Translations under genes and position numbers: made by a program
NCBI GenBank assembly: GCA_965216565.1
Contig: OZ244170.1
Location: 672,001-736,000, forward strand
DNA: 64,000 nt
Direction: 5' to 3'
Origin: Bythopirellula sp.
Lineage (GTDB): Bacteria > Planctomycetota > Planctomycetia > Pirellulales > Lacipirellulaceae
Shown: piece by piece, positions 1 through 9,081 of the stretch
How positions within the stretch are numbered: the stretch's first letter is position 1
Layout: each line of letters begins with the position of its first letter
Notes under the pieces: model-generated
Told to the model about the DNA's origin: nothing
The model's database searches: none
The model's input: the letters and a program-made list of their open reading frames with translations, nothing else

Positions 1-500
1 TCGTCCAAGACTCGGAAGGCAACTATTACATCGGTGAGTATGGCGATTTCGACCGCATTCAGAAGTTCTCAAACGAGGGCGAATATCTCTTGCAGTGGGG
101 CTCGCACGGGACTGAGCCGGGGCAATTTCGTAGACCGCAGAATATGGTAATCGACGATTTGGATCAGATTTGGGTGGCGGACGCCTGCAATCATCGTATC
201 CAGGTGTTCGATACCGAAGGAAATCTCATCAAGCTGTGGGGGGCAGAGGGCAGCGAGCTTGGTATGTTGTATTATCCCTACGACTTGGCACTCGATGGCA
301 AAGGCCATCTTTACGTCAGTGAATTTGGAAATCATCGCGTGCAAAAATTTACACTGGATGGCGAATCTGTGGATAGCTGGGGATCGCACGGCAAAGAGCC
401 TGGTCATCTCTACAATCCCTGGGCATTGGCAATTGATAGTCGAGGTCGAGTTCACGTCCTAGATTCCAGGAACCATCGCGTGCAGCGTGTCGTGTTTTAG
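1..500 (+). CDS. NHL-repeat beta-propeller protein (5' end outside window)
   Basis: Frame is open from nt 3 (VQDSEGNYYIGEYGDFDRIQKF...). Repeated NHL motifs such as 'GQFRRPQNMVID..IWVADACNHRIQVFD' and 'YPYDLALD..LYVSEFGNHRVQKF'. Confidence 0.85.
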   Translation, partial: VQDSEGNYYIGEYGDFDRIQKFSNEGEYLLQWGSHGTEPGQFRRPQNMVIDDLDQIWVADACNHRIQVFDTEGNLIKLWGAEGSELGMLYYPYDLALDGKGHLYVSEFGNHRVQKFTLDGESVDSWGSHGKEPGHLYNPWALAIDSRGRVHVLDSRNHRVQRVVF

Positions 501-539
501 AAGTAGTTTTCCACCCCTCTCACCATACATCCACATCGC

Positions 540-3500
540 ATGCTTCCTTACAGCTTTGCCTTCGACAGCCCGAGCTACCTGATTCTGCTCGGGTTGCTGC
601 CGCTGATGTGGTGGCTTAGCTACGGCAGCCTGGCAGGATTGGGCCGCTGGCGACGCTTGATTGTGATGGGCCTGAGATCGCTAGTCTATACAATTATCGT
701 ACTCGCTTTGGCCGATATGCAGTACCAGAAGCGCAGCGATCAGTTGACGGTTATCTACCTGCTCGATCAGTCACTAAGCATCCCCACTGACCAACGCCAG
801 GCGATGGTCGACTACGTAAATGATTCGCTCGAAGAGCATTTCGAGAGCGACAATGACGATCGCTATGCGGTAATCGTCTTCGGTCGTGATGCATCGGTCG
901 AGATGCCGTTGGTGAACGCGAAGATTCCACTGTCCTCAAGCGTCGAAACATTACTCGACCCCGAGTACACAGACATCGCCACGGCTCTGCAGCGGGCCAA
1001 GGCCATGTTCCCTTACGACAGTGCCAAGCGAGTGGTACTGGTGACAGATGGAAATCAGAATCTAGCCAATGCCCAGCGAGAGGCTCGATCAGCAACGGCC
1101 TCGGGGGTAAGCATCGATGTGATCCCGGTGATTCTTTCGGCTCGCAGCGAGGTCGCCGTCGAAAAGGTCGACCTTCCGGCCAGCGCTCGGAAGGGGCAAC
1201 CGTTTGAGATGCGGGTGGTGCTTCGCAACGAAGCAGCAGAGCGGTCGGGAAAACCAATCCCAGGCAAGTTGCGGATTATTCGCCAAGCAGGTGACAATGA
1301 GGAGATCATTGTCGAACAAAGCGTCGAAGTCCCCCCGGGCAAACGCGTCTTTACGATCCCCGAGGAGATCTACCAGCCCGACTTTTACACTTACGAGGCA
1401 CGTTTTTCGCCGGACGATCCCAAAGCAGATGGTATGACGCAAAACAACGAGGCCTCAGCTTTCACGCATGTGCGCGGCAAAGGCAACGTGCTTCTGATCG
1501 AAAATTGGGACAACCCAGGCCAGTTTGATTTTCTGGTCGATCGACTTCGAAACGAGGAGATATCGGTCACGGTTGCACCCAGTGATCGGCTCTTCACATC
1601 GTTGGCGGAACTGCAACGGTACGATTCGGTGGTTCTCGCCAATGTGTCGCGTAGTACCGGCACCAGCGGTGACGATGTGAGCAGCTTTAGCGACGAGCAG
1701 ATAAGAATGCTGGTCAGGAATACTCGCGAGCTTGGTTGCGGGCTAGTGATGATAGGCGGACCAGATACCTATGGGGCAGGGGGGTGGACCAACACCGAGC
1801 TTGAAAAGGCGATGCCCGTGGATTTTGAGATCAAGAGTGCCAAGGTTTCGCCCGTGGGTGCTCTGGTATTAATGATGCACGCTGGCGAAATGCCTAAGGC
1901 CAACTATTGGCAGAAACGCATTGCTAGTGAATCGATCAAGATGCTAGGCACGCGAGATTATTGTGGCATGGTCTTTGAATGGGGGGGCACCGATCAGTGG
2001 CTGTGGGGGCAAAGGCAGGGAGGTATCGTCCGCGTGGGGCCGAATCGTAAAATGATGCGGGCGCGGGTCAGCCAAATGACGATTGGCGATATGCCTGCCT
2101 TTGATCCCGGGTTGAAAATGGCAGCTGCTTCGTTCGCTAAGCTCAAAGACGCGGCCGTCAAGCATATGATCATCATCAGCGATGGCGACCCAACGCCCGC
2201 TAGCGCGAACACCTTGAAACAGCTTTCGCAGCAGGGCGTCGTAGTAAGTACGGTGGGTGTTGGTTCGCACGGAGTGATTGGCAGCGACGAGATGCGCCGA
2301 ATTGCTAAAGCCACCGGCGGAAAATACTACCAAGTAAAAAGCGCAAATGCATTGCCCAAGGTTTATCAGAAAGAGACGCGACGGATCGCCCGCCCGCTAA
2401 TCTTCGAGCCGAAGCCTCCTGTGCAGCCTTCTATTGTCGCGCAACATGAAATCGTGGAAGGTTTGAATGGAACACTTCCGCCAGTGAGCGGTTTTGTGCT
2501 AACGACTGTCAAAGAAAACCCGCTCGTAGAGGTCATTGCACGTTCGCCCCAACCGGCCGACGAACGGAATTCTACGATACTCGCCGCTTGGACCTACGGA
2601 GCAGGAAAGTCAGTAGCGCTCACAACCGACGCCGGGGGTCGCTGGGCCAATGCTTGGACCGAGTGGGAAAATTACGACAAGTTTTTCAGCCAGATGATAC
2701 GCTGGTCAATGCGGCCCACCGACGACCTGGGCAATTTCTCTGTCGCTACGAGTGTCCGCGACGGAAAGACTCAGGTCATTGTTACGGCACTTGATCAAGA
2801 AGAGCAATTTCTCAACGATCTCTCGATGAGCGGAACCGTCGTTTCGCCAGAAATGGCTTCGATTCCATTGCGGATGGAACAAACTGCACCTGGCCGGTAC
2901 GTCGGCGAGTTTCCTTCGGAGGATTCAGGCAGCTACTTAATTGTAGTGAATCCTGGTGGCGAACGTGCCCCAATCCGAACCGGTGTAAATATTGGTTACT
3001 CGGCAGAGTATCGAGACATCGAGACCAATATGGCACTGCTAGAAACGCTTGCCAAACTTCCTGCCAAGAATGGTCCTGCTGGAAACTTGGTGGAGGTTGG
3101 TCTCAATACGCCCGACCGCGAACAGCTATTGGCCAGCAATCCGTTTCGCCGCGATTTGGCACCAGCCATCGCAAATCAACCAATCTGGCCCTGGCTTATG
3201 CTCATCGGCAGCTGTGTATTTTTTGCCGATGTGTTTGTGCGACGTGTGCAAATTCAATTTGATTGGGTGAAACCAATGCTCGCCCGAGCAAAAGACATAG
3301 TCCTTCGTCGCGAGCAGGCAGCACCCGCACCAGAGACAATGAGTAGGCTACGAAGTAGAAAGAAAGAAATCGGTGAAAAAATCGATCGAGGACGATCCGC
3401 AGCACGATTTGAATCGCAAGATTCGCCTGCAGATGCTTCCCCGGCTACCCCAACCGCGACCACGCCAGCTGCCCGATCCAAGTCGACCGAGCCGCAGGCT

Positions 3501-3599
3501 GAGCAACCTGAAGAACAGTCGTCGCAAGAGTCTTATACTGAACGGTTGTTAAAAGCGAAACGCAAGGTATGGGACGATCGTGATAAAGACTCAAAATAG
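540..3599 (+). CDS. Membrane-anchored vWA / glutamine-amidotransferase-like (DUF1355-type) protein
   Basis: N-terminal TM pair, vWA MIDAS-like 'LLDQSLS' and 'LVTDG', GATase-like 'GLVMIGGPDTYGAGGW', second vWA 'IIISDGD', C-terminal TM. Adjacent to MoxR. Confidence 0.8.
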   Translation: MLPYSFAFDSPSYLILLGLLPLMWWLSYGSLAGLGRWRRLIVMGLRSLVYTIIVLALADMQYQKRSDQLTVIYLLDQSLSIPTDQRQAMVDYVNDSLEEHFESDNDDRYAVIVFGRDASVEMPLVNAKIPLSSSVETLLDPEYTDIATALQRAKAMFPYDSAKRVVLVTDGNQNLANAQREARSATASGVSIDVIPVILSARSEVAVEKVDLPASARKGQPFEMRVVLRNEAAERSGKPIPGKLRIIRQAGDNEEIIVEQSVEVPPGKRVFTIPEEIYQPDFYTYEARFSPDDPKADGMTQNNEASAFTHVRGKGNVLLIENWDNPGQFDFLVDRLRNEEISVTVAPSDRLFTSLAELQRYDSVVLANVSRSTGTSGDDVSSFSDEQIRMLVRNTRELGCGLVMIGGPDTYGAGGWTNTELEKAMPVDFEIKSAKVSPVGALVLMMHAGEMPKANYWQKRIASESIKMLGTRDYCGMVFEWGGTDQWLWGQRQGGIVRVGPNRKMMRARVSQMTIGDMPAFDPGLKMAAASFAKLKDAAVKHMIIISDGDPTPASANTLKQLSQQGVVVSTVGVGSHGVIGSDEMRRIAKATGGKYYQVKSANALPKVYQKETRRIARPLIFEPKPPVQPSIVAQHEIVEGLNGTLPPVSGFVLTTVKENPLVEVIARSPQPADERNSTILAAWTYGAGKSVALTTDAGGRWANAWTEWENYDKFFSQMIRWSMRPTDDLGNFSVATSVRDGKTQVIVTALDQEEQFLNDLSMSGTVVSPEMASIPLRMEQTAPGRYVGEFPSEDSGSYLIVVNPGGERAPIRTGVNIGYSAEYRDIETNMALLETLAKLPAKNGPAGNLVEVGLNTPDREQLLASNPFRRDLAPAIANQPIWPWLMLIGSCVFFADVFVRRVQIQFDWVKPMLARAKDIVLRREQAAPAPETMSRLRSRKKEIGEKIDRGRSAARFESQDSPADASPATPTATTPAARSKSTEPQAEQPEEQSSQESYTERLLKAKRKVWDDRDKDSK

Positions 3600-3638
3600 A
3601 ACTACCCAGAACCAAATCAATACGAAAGAGAACCGACA

Positions 3639-4655
3639 ATGAGCAACGGGGAATCGATCGAAAAGCAAGCGGAAGAGTTTGCAACCCGCTACAAGGAAGT
3701 GCGTCAGCAGATTGGCCGAGTGATCGTCGGTCACAGTGATATCGTGCATGGAGTACTAACCTGCCTATTTGTGGGAGGGCATTGTTTGCTGGAAGGCGTT
3801 CCTGGACTGGGGAAGACCTTGTTAGTGCGGACACTCGCGCAGACTTTAGATCTAGACTTTTCCCGCATCCAATTCACCCCCGACCTTATGCCGGCAGATA
3901 TCTTGGGCACCAATATGGTGGTGGAAACACCCGAGGGGAAACGGATGTTCGAGTTTCAGAAAGGGCCGATCTTCACACAGATTTGTCTGGCTGACGAAAT
4001 AAATCGGGCTACGCCGAAAACCCAGTCTGCCATGTTGGAGACGATGCAGGAAAAGAAGGTGAGCATCGCCGGCAAGGTGTTTCCGATGAATCCACCTTTC
4101 TTTGTAATGGCGACTCAAAACCCGCTCGAGCAGGAAGGAACCTATCCACTGCCCGAAGCACAGCTCGATCGGTTCTTCTTTAAGCTGGTCGTCGGATACT
4201 CGTCGCGTGAGGAACTTGCCGAGGTAATCGACCGCACAACGCGTGGAGTCGTCATCGAGCCGGAAAAGGTAATGGATGGTGCGGAAATTGTGAAATGGCA
4301 GCAGCTAGTTCGGGAAGTAATCGTTGCCCCCCATGTACAGGATTACATTGTGCGACTTACGCTCGCCACGCACCCAGAGGGGCCTTATGCCCAGGAGAGT
4401 ACTAACCAGTACTTACGATGGGGTAGCAGTCCCCGTGGCGCGCAAACGGTTACGCTCGCCGCCAAAGTACGGGCCCTTTTAGCAGGTCGCTTTAATGTGA
4501 GTTTCGACGATGTCCGCCGCGTGTTCTTGCCAGCCATGCGACATCGGGTGATCCTCAACTTCGAAGCCCAGGCTGAAGGCATCGATCCCGATCAAGTATT
4601 GGTAGACATCGTCCAGAAGGTGCCTGAAAAGGCGGAATCGGCTAAATCGGCCTAG
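3639..4655 (+). CDS. moxR: MoxR-family AAA+ ATPase
   Basis: Walker A 'EGVPGLGKT', 'RIQFTPDLMPADI', 'LADEINRATPKTQSAMLE', 'ATQNPLEQEGTYPLPEAQLDRF'. Confidence 0.95.
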   Translation: MSNGESIEKQAEEFATRYKEVRQQIGRVIVGHSDIVHGVLTCLFVGGHCLLEGVPGLGKTLLVRTLAQTLDLDFSRIQFTPDLMPADILGTNMVVETPEGKRMFEFQKGPIFTQICLADEINRATPKTQSAMLETMQEKKVSIAGKVFPMNPPFFVMATQNPLEQEGTYPLPEAQLDRFFFKLVVGYSSREELAEVIDRTTRGVVIEPEKVMDGAEIVKWQQLVREVIVAPHVQDYIVRLTLATHPEGPYAQESTNQYLRWGSSPRGAQTVTLAAKVRALLAGRFNVSFDDVRRVFLPAMRHRVILNFEAQAEGIDPDQVLVDIVQKVPEKAESAKSA

Positions 4656-4703
4656 GGAAATCGAAATGCTTCTCGCGGAGGCGCTAAGGCGAAGAAAGTC
4701 CTG

Positions 4704-4877
4704 ATGAACAGAACAAAAGACAAGCTTAGAGAGAAAGTACCTTGGGCAGGGAGGCCTAGCGCAAGATCGAAAATGTTCGAATTGTTTGTAGCAGGCATGC
4801 CTGTACTCGTGATTGCGGGAAGTGCTGTGTTCGTGTTCGTCGTTTCGATCCTTCGTGGCTGTATTGGTAACACATGA
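4704..4877 (+). CDS. Putative 57-aa single-pass membrane protein (not in ORF track)
   Basis: Translated by hand: MNRTKDKLREKVPWAGRPSARSKMFELFVAGMPVLVIAGSAVFVFVVSILRGCIGNT*. Basic N-terminus then a long hydrophobic stretch. Its TGA overlaps the DUF58 ATG (ATGA). Confidence 0.55.
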   Translation: MNRTKDKLREKVPWAGRPSARSKMFELFVAGMPVLVIAGSAVFVFVVSILRGCIGNT

Positions 4878-5767
4878 AAAAAACTAGCCAATCTAACCTG
4901 CTCTCCCCCGAGTTGCTGGCCCAGCTAGAAAGGCTGGAGCTCGTCACACGGAAGATATTTCGTGGGCAAATGAAAGGTGAGCGACGCAGTCGACGCAAGG
5001 GGCAAAGTGTTGAGTTTGCTGACTTCCGAAACTATGTGGCTGGCGACGACTTGCGGTTGCTCGACTGGAATCTGTATGCACGGCTCGACAAGCTGATTAT
5101 TAAATTGTTTTTGGAAGAAGAAGATTTGCATTTCTATTCGTTGATCGATTCCAGCTTGTCGATGGACTACGGCACGCCGACCAAGTTAGAGTTTGCCAAG
5201 CAATTGGCGGCGTCCCTAGCGTTTATCGGTTTGATTCGGGCAGATCGGGTGCGGGTTGAAACGTTGGCACAAGGGGCCGGGGACCGCGGTCCTGCTTGGC
5301 GCGGCCGTGCAAGTAGTTGGCGGATGCTTGAGCACGTAGAATCGATCCAGCCCAGCAATCAAACGTCGCTCACCACGGGCGTAAAGAACTTTTGCCTGCG
5401 AAATCCTGGTAAGGGAATCGTGGTTTTTATCACCGACCTGATGGACAAGACCGGCTACGAAGAAGCTCTGAAGTACTTTGTCTCGCATGAGGTCGACTGT
5501 TATTTGATTCATGTGTTGTCGCAGGAGGAACTGGAGCCCGATGTGAAGGGTGATCTCAGGCTTGTGGATTGCGAGGATCAGGACGAAGCAGAGATAACAG
5601 TTAGCGCGCCGCTGTTGAATCGATACAAGCAAACGCTGAATTCGTTTGTCGAGGGCGCTCAACAATTCTGTGCTCGTCGGGGAATTCATTATCTGCTGGC
5701 GAATAATCAGACGCCGATTGAAACTCTAGTCGCATCGCACCTTCGCAAACGGGGGCTGGTTCGCTAG
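4874..5767 (+). CDS. DUF58-domain protein (MoxR-associated)
   Basis: 'GERRSRRKGQSVEFADFRNYVAGDDLRLLDWNLYAR' DUF58 signature and vWA-like 'IDSSLSM'. Confidence 0.93.
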   Translation: MKKTSQSNLLSPELLAQLERLELVTRKIFRGQMKGERRSRRKGQSVEFADFRNYVAGDDLRLLDWNLYARLDKLIIKLFLEEEDLHFYSLIDSSLSMDYGTPTKLEFAKQLAASLAFIGLIRADRVRVETLAQGAGDRGPAWRGRASSWRMLEHVESIQPSNQTSLTTGVKNFCLRNPGKGIVVFITDLMDKTGYEEALKYFVSHEVDCYLIHVLSQEELEPDVKGDLRLVDCEDQDEAEITVSAPLLNRYKQTLNSFVEGAQQFCARRGIHYLLANNQTPIETLVASHLRKRGLVR

Positions 5768-5773
5768 GTAGGC

Positions 5774-7807
5774 ATGGATTCTTTCTTTCGCAGCACTTTA
5801 GGCCCGTCAGGTTGGGTGATTGTCGGATTGATTCCGCCAGCCATCTTTGCGCTGTATTTCTTAAAGCTCAAGCGGCAACCCTTGGAAGTACCAAGCACCT
5901 ATTTATGGCACCGAGTGATTGAAGATTTACATGTGAACAGCCTATGGCAAAAACTTCGCAAAAGCTTGTTGTTGTTTCTCCAGCTGCTGATCATGCTGCT
6001 GGCAATATTGGCGTTGCTTAGGCCAGGGTGGCAAGGGCAGTCGCTTAGTGGTCAGCGATTCATGTTTCTCATCGACAATTCAGCCAGCATGTCTGCCACC
6101 GATGGGCCAGATGGCATCTCACGACTCCAGCAAGCTAAGAATCGCGTCAGTGCTCTGGTAGAGCAACTAGAATCAGACATGTCGGCGATGATTATCACCT
6201 TTGCCGAACAGCCCGACGTCGTGCAGGAGTTTACTAACAATCGTCGACTGCTGCGTGAAGCGCTAGATCGTATCGAGCCGACTGCGGGAAAAACCGACCT
6301 GACGGGCGCGTTGCAACTTGCCGATGGATTTGCCAATCCAGGTAAAATATACGACGAGGCAAGTGACAGTGAAATGGCGGTCACTGAGCAACAAGACGTC
6401 GAGCTTTATATCTTTAGTGACGGTCGCTTTCGAGGCGTGGAAGACTTTTCGTTAGGTAACCTGCAGCCTTTCTTTCTGCCGATTGGGACATTTGAAGCAG
6501 AAAATCTCGCCATTACCGCTCTGAATACTCGTAGGGTGGAAGATCGACCTGAACAGCAGCAGGCGTTTGTACAGGTTGCCAATCTTAGCAATGAAGATGT
6601 CAAAGCGGGTGTCGATCTATACCTCAACGACGCGTTGACCGATGCTGCGGAGTTTGAAGTGCCGGCTGGCGGCGTAGCATCCGCCACTTTTTTGCTGAGC
6701 GAACAAGCTGCCGGCAAGCTGCGCGCCCAACTTGACCTACCGGACGGCTTTCGAGATCAATTAGCTTCCGACAACACGGCCTATACTACGGTCGAAAATC
6801 GACGTGACGGACGCGTACTCTTAGTTACGCCTCGCAATAAAGCTTTGGAAGCAGCACTCTCCACTGAGCGTGCCAACCGCTTTGCTGAGGTTGAAAAGCT
6901 CTCGCCAGAGTTTTTGAGCAAACCCGAGTTTAAGCGGCAATCGCAAACCGAGAACTACGATTTGGTAATTTTCGACCAATGCGTTCCAGAAACGATGCCG
7001 CAGGCGAATACCATGTTTGTAGGGCGCGTGCCTCCTCTGGAGTCGTGGCTCGATCTTGCCTCTGCCACACCAAAGTTAGGGCCACAAATCATAGATTGGG
7101 ATCGTAGCCATCCTTTGTTGAACTTGATCGAGTTGGGGAACGTACTGATCTACAACTCGTATGTTGTTAAACCACCTTCTGGGGGACGGGTGCTTATTGA
7201 TTCTACAGATGGCCCGCTGATGGCGATCGCTCCACGGGATCGGTTTGAAGATGTGGTGTTGGGCTTAGAAATTGTTGGTCTCAATGAGAGCGGAGAATTT
7301 TCGTTTAATACGAACTGGTCCCGAAAACTCAGTTTTCCAAGCTTTTGGCTGAACGTCTTAGAGTATTTTACACAGGCCGAAGACGCCACTCAGTCTGTTA
7401 GCCCGGATAGTGTGGTAGAATTGCGTATCGACTCTCTTGTCGATCAGGTGGAGATTGTCCTTCCAGATGGTACATCCCGCAAGGTTTCCACCGAACAGCC
7501 AGGTCGGCTCGTCTTCCACGAGACAGACCAGCTTGGCATATATGAAGTGCTGGACGGTGACAACGTTGTGAAGCGATTTGCCATTAACCTGTTCGACCGC
7601 GAGGAAAGCGACATAGCCTTGGAAGTGCGACAGAATGGCGAGGATGGCGTCAAGGTGGTCGATTCGATCGAAATTGGCTTTGTCGATGTCACCGCCCAAT
7701 CGCCGAAAACGCCAGTTCGTAAGGAATTGTGGAAACCCCTCTTACTGCTGGCACTAGTGGTTTTGGTACTGGAATGGTATATCTATAATCGTCGAGTTTA
7801 CGTGTAA
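5774..7807 (+). CDS. BatA N-terminal / vWA domain membrane protein
   Basis: 'LYFLKLKRQPLEVPSTYLW' BatA-like N-terminus, 'IDNSASM' MIDAS motif, C-terminal TM 'LWKPLLLLALVVLVLEWYIY'. Confidence 0.85.
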   Translation: MDSFFRSTLGPSGWVIVGLIPPAIFALYFLKLKRQPLEVPSTYLWHRVIEDLHVNSLWQKLRKSLLLFLQLLIMLLAILALLRPGWQGQSLSGQRFMFLIDNSASMSATDGPDGISRLQQAKNRVSALVEQLESDMSAMIITFAEQPDVVQEFTNNRRLLREALDRIEPTAGKTDLTGALQLADGFANPGKIYDEASDSEMAVTEQQDVELYIFSDGRFRGVEDFSLGNLQPFFLPIGTFEAENLAITALNTRRVEDRPEQQQAFVQVANLSNEDVKAGVDLYLNDALTDAAEFEVPAGGVASATFLLSEQAAGKLRAQLDLPDGFRDQLASDNTAYTTVENRRDGRVLLVTPRNKALEAALSTERANRFAEVEKLSPEFLSKPEFKRQSQTENYDLVIFDQCVPETMPQANTMFVGRVPPLESWLDLASATPKLGPQIIDWDRSHPLLNLIELGNVLIYNSYVVKPPSGGRVLIDSTDGPLMAIAPRDRFEDVVLGLEIVGLNESGEFSFNTNWSRKLSFPSFWLNVLEYFTQAEDATQSVSPDSVVELRIDSLVDQVEIVLPDGTSRKVSTEQPGRLVFHETDQLGIYEVLDGDNVVKRFAINLFDREESDIALEVRQNGEDGVKVVDSIEIGFVDVTAQSPKTPVRKELWKPLLLLALVVLVLEWYIYNRRVYV

Positions 7808-7833
7808 TCACCGGGCAGAAAGTCTTCATCTCG

Positions 7834-8568
7834 ATGCCAAAGTTAAAGAGCCGACCGCCTCGCAAGCGATCCAATAAACTGAAGCGCCGCAAGTCAATTC
7901 AGCGTCTCATTGAGAATGATCTCATAGAGCGCGTGAGTTCCGATGAGTATCGCCATAAAGTGAAGCGGGTCTACTCCGGGCCGAAGGGAGCACTGCTATC
8001 CACTTGCAGCACGCTCACTCTCCATGTGCCTCTTGGTGAGAGAATCTTCCGCAAACGGAAGTTTGATTTGCGGGGACTAAAATCGATTCTCGACGTAGGC
8101 AGCGGTGCCGGACAAATTGCCCAGCATCTGATCAAGTATTCAGATCCCGGCACTGAGGTCACCTGCACAGACCTTTCACATCGCATGCTGAGACGGGCTC
8201 GTCACCGGCTACAGGGCCCGGAGCCTCGTTTTGTAACCGCCGACTTGAGCCAACTTCCTTTTGACGATGGCTCGTTCGACTGCGTGACCTGTGGCTATGT
8301 GTTGGAGCATTTGCCGGACCCGAAACCGGGCTTAGCCGAAATGGCGCGGGTGCTTTCCCCAGGCGGACGAATGTTCCTGCTCACGACAGAGGATACCTTT
8401 ACTGGAGCATGGACGAGCCGTGTCTGGTACTGTCGCACATACAACCGTAAGGAACTGCTGAGTTTGTGCGAGCAAGTCGGTTTGCGCTGCAAACAAGAAA
8501 TCTGGTTCACCAAAATGCACAAGGCCATCCGTGCTGGTGGCATTTGTGTTGAGATCGTTAAAGATTAA
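7834..8568 (+). CDS. Class I SAM-dependent methyltransferase
   Basis: Motif I 'ILDVGSGAG', 'LPFDDGSFDCVTCGYVLEHL', 'ARVLSPGG'. Confidence 0.9.
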   Translation: MPKLKSRPPRKRSNKLKRRKSIQRLIENDLIERVSSDEYRHKVKRVYSGPKGALLSTCSTLTLHVPLGERIFRKRKFDLRGLKSILDVGSGAGQIAQHLIKYSDPGTEVTCTDLSHRMLRRARHRLQGPEPRFVTADLSQLPFDDGSFDCVTCGYVLEHLPDPKPGLAEMARVLSPGGRMFLLTTEDTFTGAWTSRVWYCRTYNRKELLSLCEQVGLRCKQEIWFTKMHKAIRAGGICVEIVKD

Positions 8569-8618
8569 CACCGACATTCATTAAGGGTCGAGCGAACTTT
8601 AACGTTCGCAATCTTAGC

Positions 8619-8957
8619 TTACTTCGGTTTCATTCTAGATTCCGTGCCTTCAATATTCTTCGTGCCCCAGCTGACGATCGCATTAATCACGGGTCGAAGT
8701 GCCTTGCCCTTCTTCGTCAAGCGGTAGGCGTCGCGTCCGCGTTGGACTGGCGAAGGGAATCGTTCAGCGAGCTTGCTTTCTACTAGCCGATTCAACCGAT
8801 CGGTAAGAATATTGGTGGCAATCTTCTCCGGCGCAGCAGCAAATTCTCGGAAATGCATCCGGCCGAGCAGCATGTCTCGAACAACGAGCAGAGTCCATTT
8901 ATCGCCGATTAGGTCGAGCGTACACGCAATCGGGCAACAAGAACGGTTTTTAGACAT
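8619..8957 (-). CDS. HxlR/DUF24-family winged-helix transcriptional regulator
   Basis: 'CPIACTLDLIGDKWTLLVVRDM...ILTDRL...YRLTKKG' with the N-terminal sensor-type Cys. Confidence 0.92.
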   Translation of the reverse strand: MSKNRSCCPIACTLDLIGDKWTLLVVRDMLLGRMHFREFAAAPEKIATNILTDRLNRLVESKLAERFPSPVQRGRDAYRLTKKGKALRPVINAIVSWGTKNIEGTESRMKPK

Positions 8958-9010
8958 AGTCGCCGCCTTTCAGAGATTCTTAATGTGCTCACTTGACTTT
9001 ATCCCATTCG

Positions 9011-9049
9011 CTTGCAAAATGCAAGTATAAGTCACTTGCAAAGTGCAAG
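9011..9049. promoter_or_regulatory. Tandem palindromic operators CTTGCA-N3-TGCAAG (probable HxlR sites)
   Basis: CTTGCAaaaTGCAAG at 9011-9025 and CTTGCAaagTGCAAG at 9035-9049, inside the divergent intergenic region. Confidence 0.75.
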
Positions 9050-9081
9050 CATTTTAAGCTCCTGGCAGGAGGTTCCCGGAA

